DNA from: Candidatus Latescibacterota bacterium
Lineage (GTDB): Bacteria > Latescibacterota > UBA2968 > GCA-2709665
Direction of reading: 5' to 3'
NCBI GenBank assembly: GCA_965226795.1
Contig: CBDDDZ010000005.1
Location: 2,464,001-2,528,000, forward strand
Length of the DNA: 64,000 bases
Shown here: one piece after another, positions 10,219 through 19,172 of the stretch
Numbering within the stretch: position 1 is the first letter of the stretch
How the letters are laid out: every line of letters begins with the position of its first letter
Translations under genes and position numbers: made by a program
The notes under the pieces: model-generated
What the model was told of the DNA's origin: nothing
Databases searched by the model: none
Seen by the model: the letters and a program-made list of their open reading frames with translations, nothing else

Positions 10219-11970
10219 ATGCAACGCGACCATATCGTAACCGAGATTCGCCGGCGCGCCGATCGCTACAGACCCCAGACCCATCTGATTGCCGACTATT
10301 ACAGGATTCGGCGGAAAATCGCTTACCCCCTTCCGATCCGCAGGATTGATCTGCCCGGTCTGCCGGTACCCGGCATCAATGCGTATCCCTGGGCCATATG
10401 GATGACCTGGAGCCTGGAAGAGCGAGTCCTCAGCCTCGGGTGGGCGGGGTCCTGGTTCCGCGACGAACAGGCGCGCCGGTTGGCCGTCGCCGACTTGGAC
10501 GCTCTGGCCGAATGGCCGTGCTACCGCCAGTTTCCGATGCCCGACCTGAGTTCGGGTCATGCGCTGCGCATCCTCTGGCTGGCCTACACCCGGTGGGACT
10601 GGCTGCCCGGGAGCCTGTCGGGAAAGATCGAACGGGCGTTTCACCGCCACATTGAAGACACGCTCCCGTTGTCCGACGCCAGACACGGTGCGTTTCAGAG
10701 CAAGGACGATATCCTCGCCCTGGACGAACCCCACACCGTGCTGCACAACATCCCGTTCATCGGCACGGTCGGCCTCGCCCTGGCCGCCAACTGCATTGCG
10801 CATCCCGCCGCAGACACATTGAACCGCAGGCTGGAGGCGCTCCTTGGCGCGATCCTGGATCTGCGCAAGACCGGTCATTCGGAGGGGATCGGTTACGACG
10901 GGTACATCCTGGACTTCGCCGCCGATTGGCTAGGGACACTCTCCAGGACCAGACGCACGGCCCTGCTGGACCATCCGCGCTTTGGCGACGTCCTGGATGA
11001 GTCCATCGCGCTCGGGGCGCCCGGCAACATCGCGAATATTGCCCAGTTAAGCGATGCGGAACCCCGGGAGATGCCGTTCCACGTATCCTGCCACGCCAAA
11101 CTCTACCAGTACCGGCCCTCGCCGCGTACGGGCTGGTACCTGAAACGCTGCCCCCTGCGCTGGTTGCGCGCCGACGCCCTGGGTGCGCTCCACGAGGTAG
11201 CCGAGGATCTTAAATGTGAGCCGCCCGAAGCCGGGGCTATCGATGCGCACTATGCGGTCGTGCTCAGGAGCGGATGGGAATCTGACGACCTGGCGGTGGC
11301 CATTGCGGCGAGCAACTCGAAGATGAGCCACATCCACAACGACAACGGCTCCATCGTCGTCGGCGCCGGAGGCCGCTGGCCGATATCCGACCCCGGCTAT
11401 CAACAATATATGAAGAAAAGAGAACGTGAATTCACCCTGGGGCTCACGGCACACAATGCGCCTGTCATCAACGGTATGGCGCAGACGGTGAAGCCGGAAA
11501 TCCGCCGGGTCGCCCTGCGGCGGCGCGATGAAACGACGTATATGGCCGAATTGGACCTGACGGCATGTTATCCCGCCGGACTGGCGTTGAAACGGGTCGT
11601 TCGAACGCTCTGGCTTTCGCAAAAGAACCTGGTTGTCCTCGCCGACCGCGTTCGCGGCGCCGCTGTCGAAACCATCACCTATCACTGGCACGGGCACCCC
11701 GACGCGGCCTGGTGGGTACAGGACGACATGGCCCGGATCTACGCGCCCGACCTAACGCTATGGATTGGCTCGCCCCAGGCACGGATCACAGACGGGAACG
11801 TAGACCGGCTTCTCGGTTCCAGAGGCCACCTTACACTCAGCGCGAGTGCAGATTCATCAGCGCCGTTCGTCTGGTGGATATTCGCGAAAGGCGATGCGCG
11901 GCCCGCCGTGACTGTACACGAACGGGGGTACGGGATACGCGTCGACGGTCGCAGTTTTCGGATTCAATGA
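10219..11970 (+). CDS. Heparinase II/III-like protein
   Basis: HSEGIGYDGY, LRSGW, HIHNDNGS, DPGYQQY and AHN motifs typical of Hepar_II_III domains. Confidence 0.75.
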   Translation: MQRDHIVTEIRRRADRYRPQTHLIADYYRIRRKIAYPLPIRRIDLPGLPVPGINAYPWAIWMTWSLEERVLSLGWAGSWFRDEQARRLAVADLDALAEWPCYRQFPMPDLSSGHALRILWLAYTRWDWLPGSLSGKIERAFHRHIEDTLPLSDARHGAFQSKDDILALDEPHTVLHNIPFIGTVGLALAANCIAHPAADTLNRRLEALLGAILDLRKTGHSEGIGYDGYILDFAADWLGTLSRTRRTALLDHPRFGDVLDESIALGAPGNIANIAQLSDAEPREMPFHVSCHAKLYQYRPSPRTGWYLKRCPLRWLRADALGALHEVAEDLKCEPPEAGAIDAHYAVVLRSGWESDDLAVAIAASNSKMSHIHNDNGSIVVGAGGRWPISDPGYQQYMKKREREFTLGLTAHNAPVINGMAQTVKPEIRRVALRRRDETTYMAELDLTACYPAGLALKRVVRTLWLSQKNLVVLADRVRGAAVETITYHWHGHPDAAWWVQDDMARIYAPDLTLWIGSPQARITDGNVDRLLGSRGHLTLSASADSSAPFVWWIFAKGDARPAVTVHERGYGIRVDGRSFRIQ

Positions 11971-12031
11971 ACCTACACATCGGACGGACATCCATGGCCG
12001 CCGTCAGCGATCGAAGAGCAGGAACTTCCGA

Positions 12032-13963
12032 ATGAAAGCTTCCAAAATCTGCGACGTCCCTTTCCTGGCGCCCTCCAATTCCCCGGGGGAACTCATATTC
12101 GACCCCAAACTCGGCCGCCGGGTGCTCTACCAGTCCATGTTCTCCGCGGTTCCGGGGCGTCCACCCGCCCTGGTACGCACCGACTTCGAACGCCACGAAT
12201 ATGCGTCCTTTGCCCAGCCGGACGGCCGCGGGACCTGGAAGGTCCGACTCCTGTCCGATAATAAAATCTGGTTCGGCATGAACGGCCCGGGGCAACTCGC
12301 CTGTTTCAACCCGATCACCGAGTCCTACGAAGACATCCCGCCCCATAGCCCGACAACGAAAAACTCTCACCTCACGGATGTCGTCGAAGGATCGGACGGA
12401 CGGCTGTACATGCCAGGCTTCCCCTCCGGCGACTGTGTGGCCTACGACCGGGATACCGGCGAATACAGAGAAGTCGCGGTCGAGGAGAGAAACCACCAGC
12501 TCTTCGCCGCATGTCTCACCGACGGTGGGCACATCGGCATTCTCAACGGCCTTCAGCACGGGGTCTACGCCCTCGACCCGCGCAGCGACGAAGTTAACGT
12601 GGTGTCGCCGCCCCACCTTACCGGTCGGCCGGACGCCTACAGCGGCTTCCTGCGCCTCGGGGACCAGTTCCTGGTCACGCTCGGCCACCCCGACGGCGGT
12701 ATTGAAATCTGTCGTTTCTCCGCGCTCGACCTCAGCTTTCTCGGTTCCTTCGTTGTCACGACCGCGGTTACCTCCGGACGAAACCTGATGGCCTCGCCGG
12801 ACGGCCGCGTTTTTATGAGCGTGGACGACGGCTACATTTACGCCATTGACCTGGAAATGGAAACCGCCGAACTGGCCTGCCGTATCCGTGGCGTTCCCAG
12901 CCGGGGCCACTACCACTTTCTGGACGAGAATCGGGTTATCTTCGCCGGCCATTCACAGTATTACGGCATTTGCGACATCCGAACCGCCGAACTAGACCTC
13001 CGCCGGACCGAGATCGAAAACCCCCGTATCGGCATCTTTTCCATCCTTCCGGTCTCGTCCGGAAATATGTACTGCTCGGCCCATCTGGGCCTTTCCCTCT
13101 CACGCGTGGATCCGAAGTCGGGACGGGCAGATATATTGGGCCTGACGTACAATGGCTCCGGCGAAATCTACGGCAGCGCCGAAGCCCACGGCAATATCTA
13201 CAGCATCGCCTACACCCACAACGTCCTTACCGTATACGACCCGAATCGACCCTGGCGGCCCGGCCCCGCGGAGGGCGACAACCCCCGGAATCTGGGCCCG
13301 ATGGGAGAAGAGCAGTACCGCCCTGTAACCGGCATTATCAATGGGCCAGGAGACAGACTCTACATCGGATCCATGCCGGACTATGGGGCCCGGGGTGGCG
13401 CACTTACCGTCATCGATCCTGCAGATAACAGTCACAAATCCTACCGCCACCTGATCCCCGACCATTCCATTTTGGGCCTGACCGTCGGCCCCGAACACGT
13501 GTATCTCGGCACCAGCATCATCGCGGACGGCTATATCCGGCCTTCCGAAGGCGACGCCTGTTTTCTGATTTTCGATCCCGATCGTGAAAACGTCCTGTTC
13601 GAACAGGAAATCGAGGGCGCCCGCAGCCTTATAACCATGGGATGTGGCGCCGACAGTGTCTTTTTCTGGACCGACGACCACGCGGGCGGCAACCGCTTTT
13701 TCGTCTGCCGCCTTGCTGACCGCGCCTTCCACACCCTCAGCACCTCGCTCACCAGCGGCAGACCTCACAACCGGCCCATGGTCACCGGCGCGGACGGCAA
13801 CCTCTACTTCACCCACGGTAACCGCATTGTTCGACTCGATCCCCGAACCGAAGAACTCGCCATTGCCCACACCGCGGACTCTCGCGAGACGCCGATTCTG
13901 GCCGCCACAGGCAACGGTATCCTGTTCTCCCAACGCCACGAACTCTGGCTTGGTACTATATAG
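12032..13963 (+). CDS. Hypothetical beta-propeller protein
   Basis: 643 aa with recurring 'GxDGRLY/DGNLYF..DP' blade-like repeats; no catalytic motif recognised. Confidence 0.65.
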   Translation: MKASKICDVPFLAPSNSPGELIFDPKLGRRVLYQSMFSAVPGRPPALVRTDFERHEYASFAQPDGRGTWKVRLLSDNKIWFGMNGPGQLACFNPITESYEDIPPHSPTTKNSHLTDVVEGSDGRLYMPGFPSGDCVAYDRDTGEYREVAVEERNHQLFAACLTDGGHIGILNGLQHGVYALDPRSDEVNVVSPPHLTGRPDAYSGFLRLGDQFLVTLGHPDGGIEICRFSALDLSFLGSFVVTTAVTSGRNLMASPDGRVFMSVDDGYIYAIDLEMETAELACRIRGVPSRGHYHFLDENRVIFAGHSQYYGICDIRTAELDLRRTEIENPRIGIFSILPVSSGNMYCSAHLGLSLSRVDPKSGRADILGLTYNGSGEIYGSAEAHGNIYSIAYTHNVLTVYDPNRPWRPGPAEGDNPRNLGPMGEEQYRPVTGIINGPGDRLYIGSMPDYGARGGALTVIDPADNSHKSYRHLIPDHSILGLTVGPEHVYLGTSIIADGYIRPSEGDACFLIFDPDRENVLFEQEIEGARSLITMGCGADSVFFWTDDHAGGNRFFVCRLADRAFHTLSTSLTSGRPHNRPMVTGADGNLYFTHGNRIVRLDPRTEELAIAHTADSRETPILAATGNGILFSQRHELWLGTI

Positions 13964-14004
13964 GTTGGGTCACACGCACCGTACTCTCAATAACGGAACC
14001 CGAC

Positions 14005-16131
14005 GTGAAAGTCAATCCCCATTGGAAAAACCGGATACGCCCCGACCACCCCCGGCTGTTCCTCAACCGCGACACGCTGCCGGCAATCCGCGCCCGCGCG
14101 TTGAGGGTCTGCAACGACCACTACCTCAAGGTCAAGTCGTTCGCCGAGGCGTCTCCACCCGACCTCGAATGGGCCGTTGTCAACCGTCCTCCGCCGCTGC
14201 CGGACGGCACCGAAGTGCGCGATTGGGGCCACCGGATAATGGGCTCGGCCATCGTTTATCTCGTGGAACCCACCGTGGAACGTCTCGTCCGACTCGTGTC
14301 CGAACTGCGCGCAAGCGCGGAATACTACCACGCCTGTTACGCCGAAAACGAATCCGTCAATTGGTACGCCGCCAGTCGCGCCGCCTGCCTGGTTGCCCTG
14401 GACTGGGTCTGGAACGACCTATCCGTCGAAGTCCGCCGCGAGATCGGCCTGCGCCTCCTCGACCACGTGGACGAAGCCCTTCATAAGCCCGGCATCCGTC
14501 GCCGCAACGGTTCCGACCACCGCAGCGGATTCTACGGCGCGCCCAGCCTGGCCTGGTTCGCGGGGCTCCTGCTCCACGGGGAAGGTATCGACGATATGAG
14601 GGCGGCTCGTTTTCTCGAACGGGGCTACGACGACCACGTAAAGCTGCTGGTTCACCGGGCGTCCACGTGCGGGGACGACGGCGGCGAAGCCTCTCCCACG
14701 CTCGGGTACGCGTTCGGCGAATACCCGCTGGCGCAATGGAACTTCATCCACACCCTTCGATCGTCAACCGGTCAAGACATTTCCGGGAATTGGCCGCACA
14801 TCCGGATGTTCCCAAACTACGTTATCTGGAACTGGCTGCCGGGCGACCTTGAGTTCGGTTACGGCGACAACGCACACGTCGACAACAGGATGCGGACAAA
14901 CTGGATGTACACCCATATGTCCCACATCATGCACTTTTTCGGTCAAACCCATCCCGAGTGGGCCGGACTCGCGCGTTTTATCCGCGGCATGGCCGGCGGC
15001 GCCTTTCCGCGGGACAAATGGCCCATCTACCCGTTTCTGCTTGACGGGATCGACAACACGCCACCGGCTCGTGGCCCCGGCATCCTGCCGCCTGCCCGTC
15101 ATTTCGAAGACCTGGGTCAGATCTTCATGCGCTCCGGCTCCGGAGACGACGACACGTATGCCCTTTTTTGCGGTGGCGGCAGCCTTAAAAGCCACCGCCA
15201 TTACGACGCCACCCACTTTACCATCTTCAAGAAGGGTTTCCTTGCCCTCGACAGCGGCACCCGGCAGGGAAACACCGACAACCTGCAGAACTACTACGCG
15301 CAGACCGTCGCCCACAACTGCGTCCTGATCAAGATGCCCGGCGAAGCACCTTCACCATACTGGAACGGCGACGTCTTCGGGCAGGCCGGCGGCCAGAACA
15401 AGACGATCGGCTCCGAAATTACCGCCTTCGAAACCAACCCCCATTTCACCTACATCGCCGCCGACGCCACCCCGGTCTACAACCGCGAAAAATGCGCGCT
15501 CATGGTTCGCCAGTTTATCTTCCTGCCGCCGGACCATTTTGTCGTGTTCGACCGGGTCACGTCCACCCGCGCCGGGTACGCCAAAACCTGGCTCCTGCAC
15601 CATGCCAACGAGCCCCTCGTTGAGGGCAACACCTGGCGGTCGGATCAGGGCAAGGGGCGCATATTTGCCCGCACGCTCCTACCCGAAGATGCTGTTCTCG
15701 ACAAGGTCGGCGGTCCCGGCAAAGAGTTCCTTGCCGACGGGGTCAACTATGGGATCGACGCCGGTCCTTCCCGGCTTATCATAGAGAACAAATATCCCAT
15801 AGGGAGAATTCAATACGACGATATCCCCGAGCTGATGGGACGATGGCGAATGGAAGTGAGACCGGCGACGGCCCGGAAGGAAGACCTCTTCCTGCATCTC
15901 ATACAGGTCGTGGATCAATCCCTATGTGGGATGAGCGACGCCAGCGTTACCGTGACCGGGGCCAACGTTGAACTCAGCTTCAGCGGAACCGATGAAGCTG
16001 TCTTCGTTTCGTTCGCAGCCGTGGGAGAGATAGGCGGTCACATCACCCGCATCCGGAACGGAAAACGGATCGTCGAAAAGGATCTCGCCCGGGATGTCCA
16101 GGCCCAGGCCGGTCTCGCCATACCCGCATAG
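14005..16131 (+). CDS. Heparinase II/III-like polysaccharide lyase
   Basis: HPRLFLN N-terminus, FMRSG, HRHYDATHFTIFKKGFLALDSG, QTVAHN, VVFDRV motifs resembling heparinase II. Confidence 0.82.
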   Translation: MKVNPHWKNRIRPDHPRLFLNRDTLPAIRARALRVCNDHYLKVKSFAEASPPDLEWAVVNRPPPLPDGTEVRDWGHRIMGSAIVYLVEPTVERLVRLVSELRASAEYYHACYAENESVNWYAASRAACLVALDWVWNDLSVEVRREIGLRLLDHVDEALHKPGIRRRNGSDHRSGFYGAPSLAWFAGLLLHGEGIDDMRAARFLERGYDDHVKLLVHRASTCGDDGGEASPTLGYAFGEYPLAQWNFIHTLRSSTGQDISGNWPHIRMFPNYVIWNWLPGDLEFGYGDNAHVDNRMRTNWMYTHMSHIMHFFGQTHPEWAGLARFIRGMAGGAFPRDKWPIYPFLLDGIDNTPPARGPGILPPARHFEDLGQIFMRSGSGDDDTYALFCGGGSLKSHRHYDATHFTIFKKGFLALDSGTRQGNTDNLQNYYAQTVAHNCVLIKMPGEAPSPYWNGDVFGQAGGQNKTIGSEITAFETNPHFTYIAADATPVYNREKCALMVRQFIFLPPDHFVVFDRVTSTRAGYAKTWLLHHANEPLVEGNTWRSDQGKGRIFARTLLPEDAVLDKVGGPGKEFLADGVNYGIDAGPSRLIIENKYPIGRIQYDDIPELMGRWRMEVRPATARKEDLFLHLIQVVDQSLCGMSDASVTVTGANVELSFSGTDEAVFVSFAAVGEIGGHITRIRNGKRIVEKDLARDVQAQAGLAIPA

Positions 16132-16191
16132 GTTCCTTCACGCGTGTGACGGACGGATTCCCGTTTTTTTATTCTAACGGAGAGACATCAA

Positions 16192-17094
16192 ATGAACGAA
16201 TTCCGCGGCATCTATCCCGCGTTGATCACACCGATGACACCTGAAGGAGACTTTAACGAAGAGGCCTTCCGTCGGCTTGTGGAATACAATGTAAGATCGG
16301 GCGCCCACGGTTTCTGGGTTGCGGGCGGCGCCGGTGAAAGCGTCCTCCTGGAAGACGAAGAAAATGCCCGCATCGCCGAAGCCGCCGCCGAACAGGCCGC
16401 CGGCCGCGCGAAAATCATCATGCACGTGGGGGCGGCCACCACCGTACGTGCCGCCAGGATGGCCGAGAACGCCGCAAAGGCCGGGGTTGAAGCCATCTGC
16501 GCCGTACCTCCCTTCTTTTACCGGACCGGACCGGACGAAATCGCCGAACACTACCGGGTCGTGGGCGCGGCGGCAAACCTTCCCCTATTCATCTATAATC
16601 TTCCAAATGCCACCGGTGTGGAAATCACCCTCGAACTGGCGGAGAAAATCCGGGGGCGCGTTCCGCAACTCACCGGCCTGAAACATTCGGCGCCCGCATT
16701 CGCAAACACACGTCATTTCGCCAAAATGGGCCTCTCGTGCCTCATCGGCAGCGCCGCGCTTCTTCTTCCCGCGCTCACCATCGGTGCTTCAGGCTGCGTG
16801 GACGGGCCGCTTTCGTTGTCACCGGACGTGTGGGTCAACATTTGGACAGCGTACCACAGCGGAAATATCGAGGTTGCGGAAGCCGAACAGGACCGCGCCG
16901 CCGAACTCTATACGATCTTCCGCCGCGTCGGTTACATCGCGTCCCTGAAGGCCCTGCTCTCCGAGAAACTCGGCATCGACTGCGGCGACCCCCGCCCCCC
17001 GCAACGTCCGCTCACCGGCGAGGAGAGAGCCTTTGTCATCCGGACGGCGACGGCACTGGGGATGATGGAGATCGAAAGTCAGGGTGGCCGCTGA
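16192..17094 (+). CDS. DHDPS/N-acetylneuraminate lyase family aldolase
   Basis: GIYPALITP, GGAGES, VPPFF, YNLP, GLKHS (Schiff-base Lys) motifs. Confidence 0.9.
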   Translation: MNEFRGIYPALITPMTPEGDFNEEAFRRLVEYNVRSGAHGFWVAGGAGESVLLEDEENARIAEAAAEQAAGRAKIIMHVGAATTVRAARMAENAAKAGVEAICAVPPFFYRTGPDEIAEHYRVVGAAANLPLFIYNLPNATGVEITLELAEKIRGRVPQLTGLKHSAPAFANTRHFAKMGLSCLIGSAALLLPALTIGASGCVDGPLSLSPDVWVNIWTAYHSGNIEVAEAEQDRAAELYTIFRRVGYIASLKALLSEKLGIDCGDPRPPQRPLTGEERAFVIRTATALGMMEIESQGGR

Positions 17095-17171
17095 CCGTTC
17101 CGGTCCATGCCGATATCCTTTGCCCGCGCTTTGCGCGGCTACTTTAAACCCTTTTAACGGAGAACGCCCGT

Positions 17172-18101
17172 ATGATCCCCCTGCTCAGCAGCCTTTGCTA
17201 CGGACCGCTTGAAGTCTGTCAACTCCCCCGGACCTGGTGGAAAGTCCTGCTTCGAAACGCGGGCCTGCTCGATGAAGAATACCCCGACGTCAGCGAAGGC
17301 CTGGATAAATCCGTCCTTGAAGTGCTGAACCTGGACAGAGAAACAACCCTGGCGTACTTGCGGGAGAACATGCCCGACTACCTCCAGTTTGAAGCCTGGG
17401 TCCTCGAACAAAACGACGGAAAGTTCGAACGAAAAGCAATCGAAAGCTGGAATGAATCCGTGCGTACCCGGGTTCACACCCGGCCCGATAAGCTGCAGGA
17501 AACCACGAGTGACATCGGCATTCCCAACGACGGCGCGATCACGTCAGCCGTGATCCTCAACAGCCTCCAGGACGGGTCGCTTTTCTTCAGACGGGACCTG
17601 ACGGAGGGATTTTCGGCCCTGGGCGGTCGCGTCGTGCCCCTCGTCTCCAGCCTGGACTACGGACCGCTCAACGTCTGCCAACTCCCGCGTACCTGGCTGA
17701 AAATACTGCTCAGATCCCGGAACCTGCTTCATCCCGACTATCCCGACATGACCGAAAACGGCCTGGACCCCCGTGTTCTGCGCGCCGTGAACATCCAGCC
17801 GAACGACGCCGTTTGTTTCATCCGGGACAACGCGCCTATGTATCTTGACTTCGAAGCCTGGATTCTGCGACAAAACGACGGAACCGTCGACCCCGGCGCC
17901 GTCGACGAATGGAACAAATTCGTGCGAACCCGAATCCATTCAAATGAGAAAATCGCGGACATTCACAATACCCTCGGCCTGGAAAACGACGGCAGCCTGA
18001 CCTCCGCCGTCGTCCTGAACCACGTTGAAGACTGGCACTTCGCGCACGCGGACCTGACGGGCACGGGCGACCGTTCGTCGCGACCGGCAGAGGCCGTCTG
18101 A
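17172..18101 (+). CDS. Two-domain internally duplicated protein (DUF5069-like)
   Basis: Two ~150 aa repeats: PLLSSLCYGPLEVCQLPRTWWK / PLVSSLDYGPLNVCQLPRTWLK. Family label recalled, not verified. Confidence 0.6.
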   Translation: MIPLLSSLCYGPLEVCQLPRTWWKVLLRNAGLLDEEYPDVSEGLDKSVLEVLNLDRETTLAYLRENMPDYLQFEAWVLEQNDGKFERKAIESWNESVRTRVHTRPDKLQETTSDIGIPNDGAITSAVILNSLQDGSLFFRRDLTEGFSALGGRVVPLVSSLDYGPLNVCQLPRTWLKILLRSRNLLHPDYPDMTENGLDPRVLRAVNIQPNDAVCFIRDNAPMYLDFEAWILRQNDGTVDPGAVDEWNKFVRTRIHSNEKIADIHNTLGLENDGSLTSAVVLNHVEDWHFAHADLTGTGDRSSRPAEAV

Positions 18102-18138
18102 AAATCCTGAAGCTGCCCCGCGCGCCGCAACAAACCGG

Positions 18139-18165
18139 AACCCACCCGTATCGGCTGGGTTTTTT
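18139..18165 (+). terminator. Intrinsic terminator after the duplicated-domain gene
   Basis: AACCCAcCCG-tat-CGGcTGGGTT stem followed by a T run. Confidence 0.6.
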
Positions 18166-18242
18166 GGCATGATAATGGAGATTATCGACGGACGTCTATG
18201 TCGCCATCTCATCAATCCTCCATTTTGGCCTTCAAGTCATTG

Positions 18243-18271
18243 TTGACTTCACTCGTACTACGGATTAAATT
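18243..18271 (+). promoter_or_regulatory. Sigma70-like promoter
   Basis: TTGACT-N17-TAAATT in an AT-rich patch. Confidence 0.55.
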
Positions 18272-18311
18272 ACTACTAAATTTACGTATTAGTCTACTTT
18301 ACCCGTAAATA

Positions 18312-18468
18312 GAACCGGCAGGGCAGATCTTCCATGTGGAGCCAGGAGCCCCAACGCCACCCGGGGTCACGGGAAGTCGCCTCGCTTTGAATAAGCCGCA
18401 GGCGATAATCGGCTGTACAAGTAGCTAACGCCGTTCAAAGATCTGTTCGCGTTCGGAAAGGAGGTGAT
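18312..18468 (+). ncRNA. Candidate structured RNA (four-way junction), family not recognised
   Basis: Closing stem GGGCAGATCTT(18321-31)/AAGATCTGTTC(18438-48) encloses three hairpins; lies downstream of a promoter and ends in GGAAAGGAGGTGAT. Confidence 0.45.
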
Positions 18469-18714
18469 ACTGGAATCCACGTCGCTAAACGTTTCGCTGC
18501 TGTACATCTACGTGAGAAACTGTAGTTCGAGGCAAGTGCTGAAATGACACGTTTCGCTGTGTGAGTGATCGAGCGATGCCGCCGAAAAATGCACACCAGG
18601 TCTCTTCATTTCGCTATCACACCCTCCAGGTCAATCCCTAACCGTCCGTTGATAATGTCGCTCTGCAGGCGAGGCCCAGTGTCCCGTCCCGGAAATAGAT
18701 TGCCATTGTGAACG

Positions 18715-18826
18715 ACGACAAGGCGCGCGACCGAGTCGAATAGGTGGATTCGGGGAGGGCGCGCAACGCAGTAATTCGGCCACAAGAGCCGGCCGCAGCC
18801 CGGATGGACTTTTTCAACGGCCTGCC
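18715..18826 (-). repeat. Degenerate REP/MITE-like palindromic element
   Basis: Minus strand GCAGGCCGTTGAAAAAGTCC end, internal CTGCGTTGCGCGC...GCGCGCCTTG and a CCGAATC/GACTCGG hairpin; matching second end not found. Confidence 0.4.
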
Positions 18827-18861
18827 AAGTTCCATCAAGCACAGTCTCTTCATACGGTTCA

Positions 18862-19168
18862 TTCACAGTTAATCACCCCGTAATCGCGTGAATCACAGTC
18901 CGTGGTACGGCTGGGTGGCGCTCCCTGCGCCTTAGTCTCAGTCAGTCACGGTAATCACGCAAGCCGCAGTCCGGGGTGTGGTTGAGCGACGTGCCTTCCG
19001 CTTTAATTTCCCAGTTAATCACCGCAATCATATGAATCACAGTCCGGGTGTGGTTGGCCGGCGGGCTTTGCCGTTTAATCACAGTCCCGGGGTGTGGTTT
19101 GGCGACGTGCCTTCCGATTTAATCGCAGTTTATCCGTCTAATCACAGTTAATCATAGTCTGGGGGTGT
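18862..19168 (+). repeat. Degenerate direct-repeat array (AATCAC / CAGTCCGGGGTGTGGTT units)
   Basis: CAGTCC(G)nTGTGGTT-like units at 18896, 18967, 19040, 19082, 19155, each preceded by AATCAC-type hexamers; GCGACGTGCCTTCCG occurs twice. Confidence 0.75.
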
Positions 19169-19172
19169 ACAG

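Noticed and set aside
18312..18468. Cobalamin or c-di-AMP riboswitch, 6S, SRP, RNase P or raiA RNA
   Set aside because: Only short fragments resemble these (GAGCCAGGAG, GGGAAG, AGCTAAC); motif order and core consensus elements are missing.
18455..18468. 16S rRNA 3' end on the minus strand (ATCACCTCCTTTC)
   Set aside because: Adjacent sequence has no other 16S features; better read as an extended SD on the + strand.
18862..19168. Possible CRISPR array
   Set aside because: Units vary in length and sequence, the 'spacers' are themselves repeated, and no cas genes are in the window.
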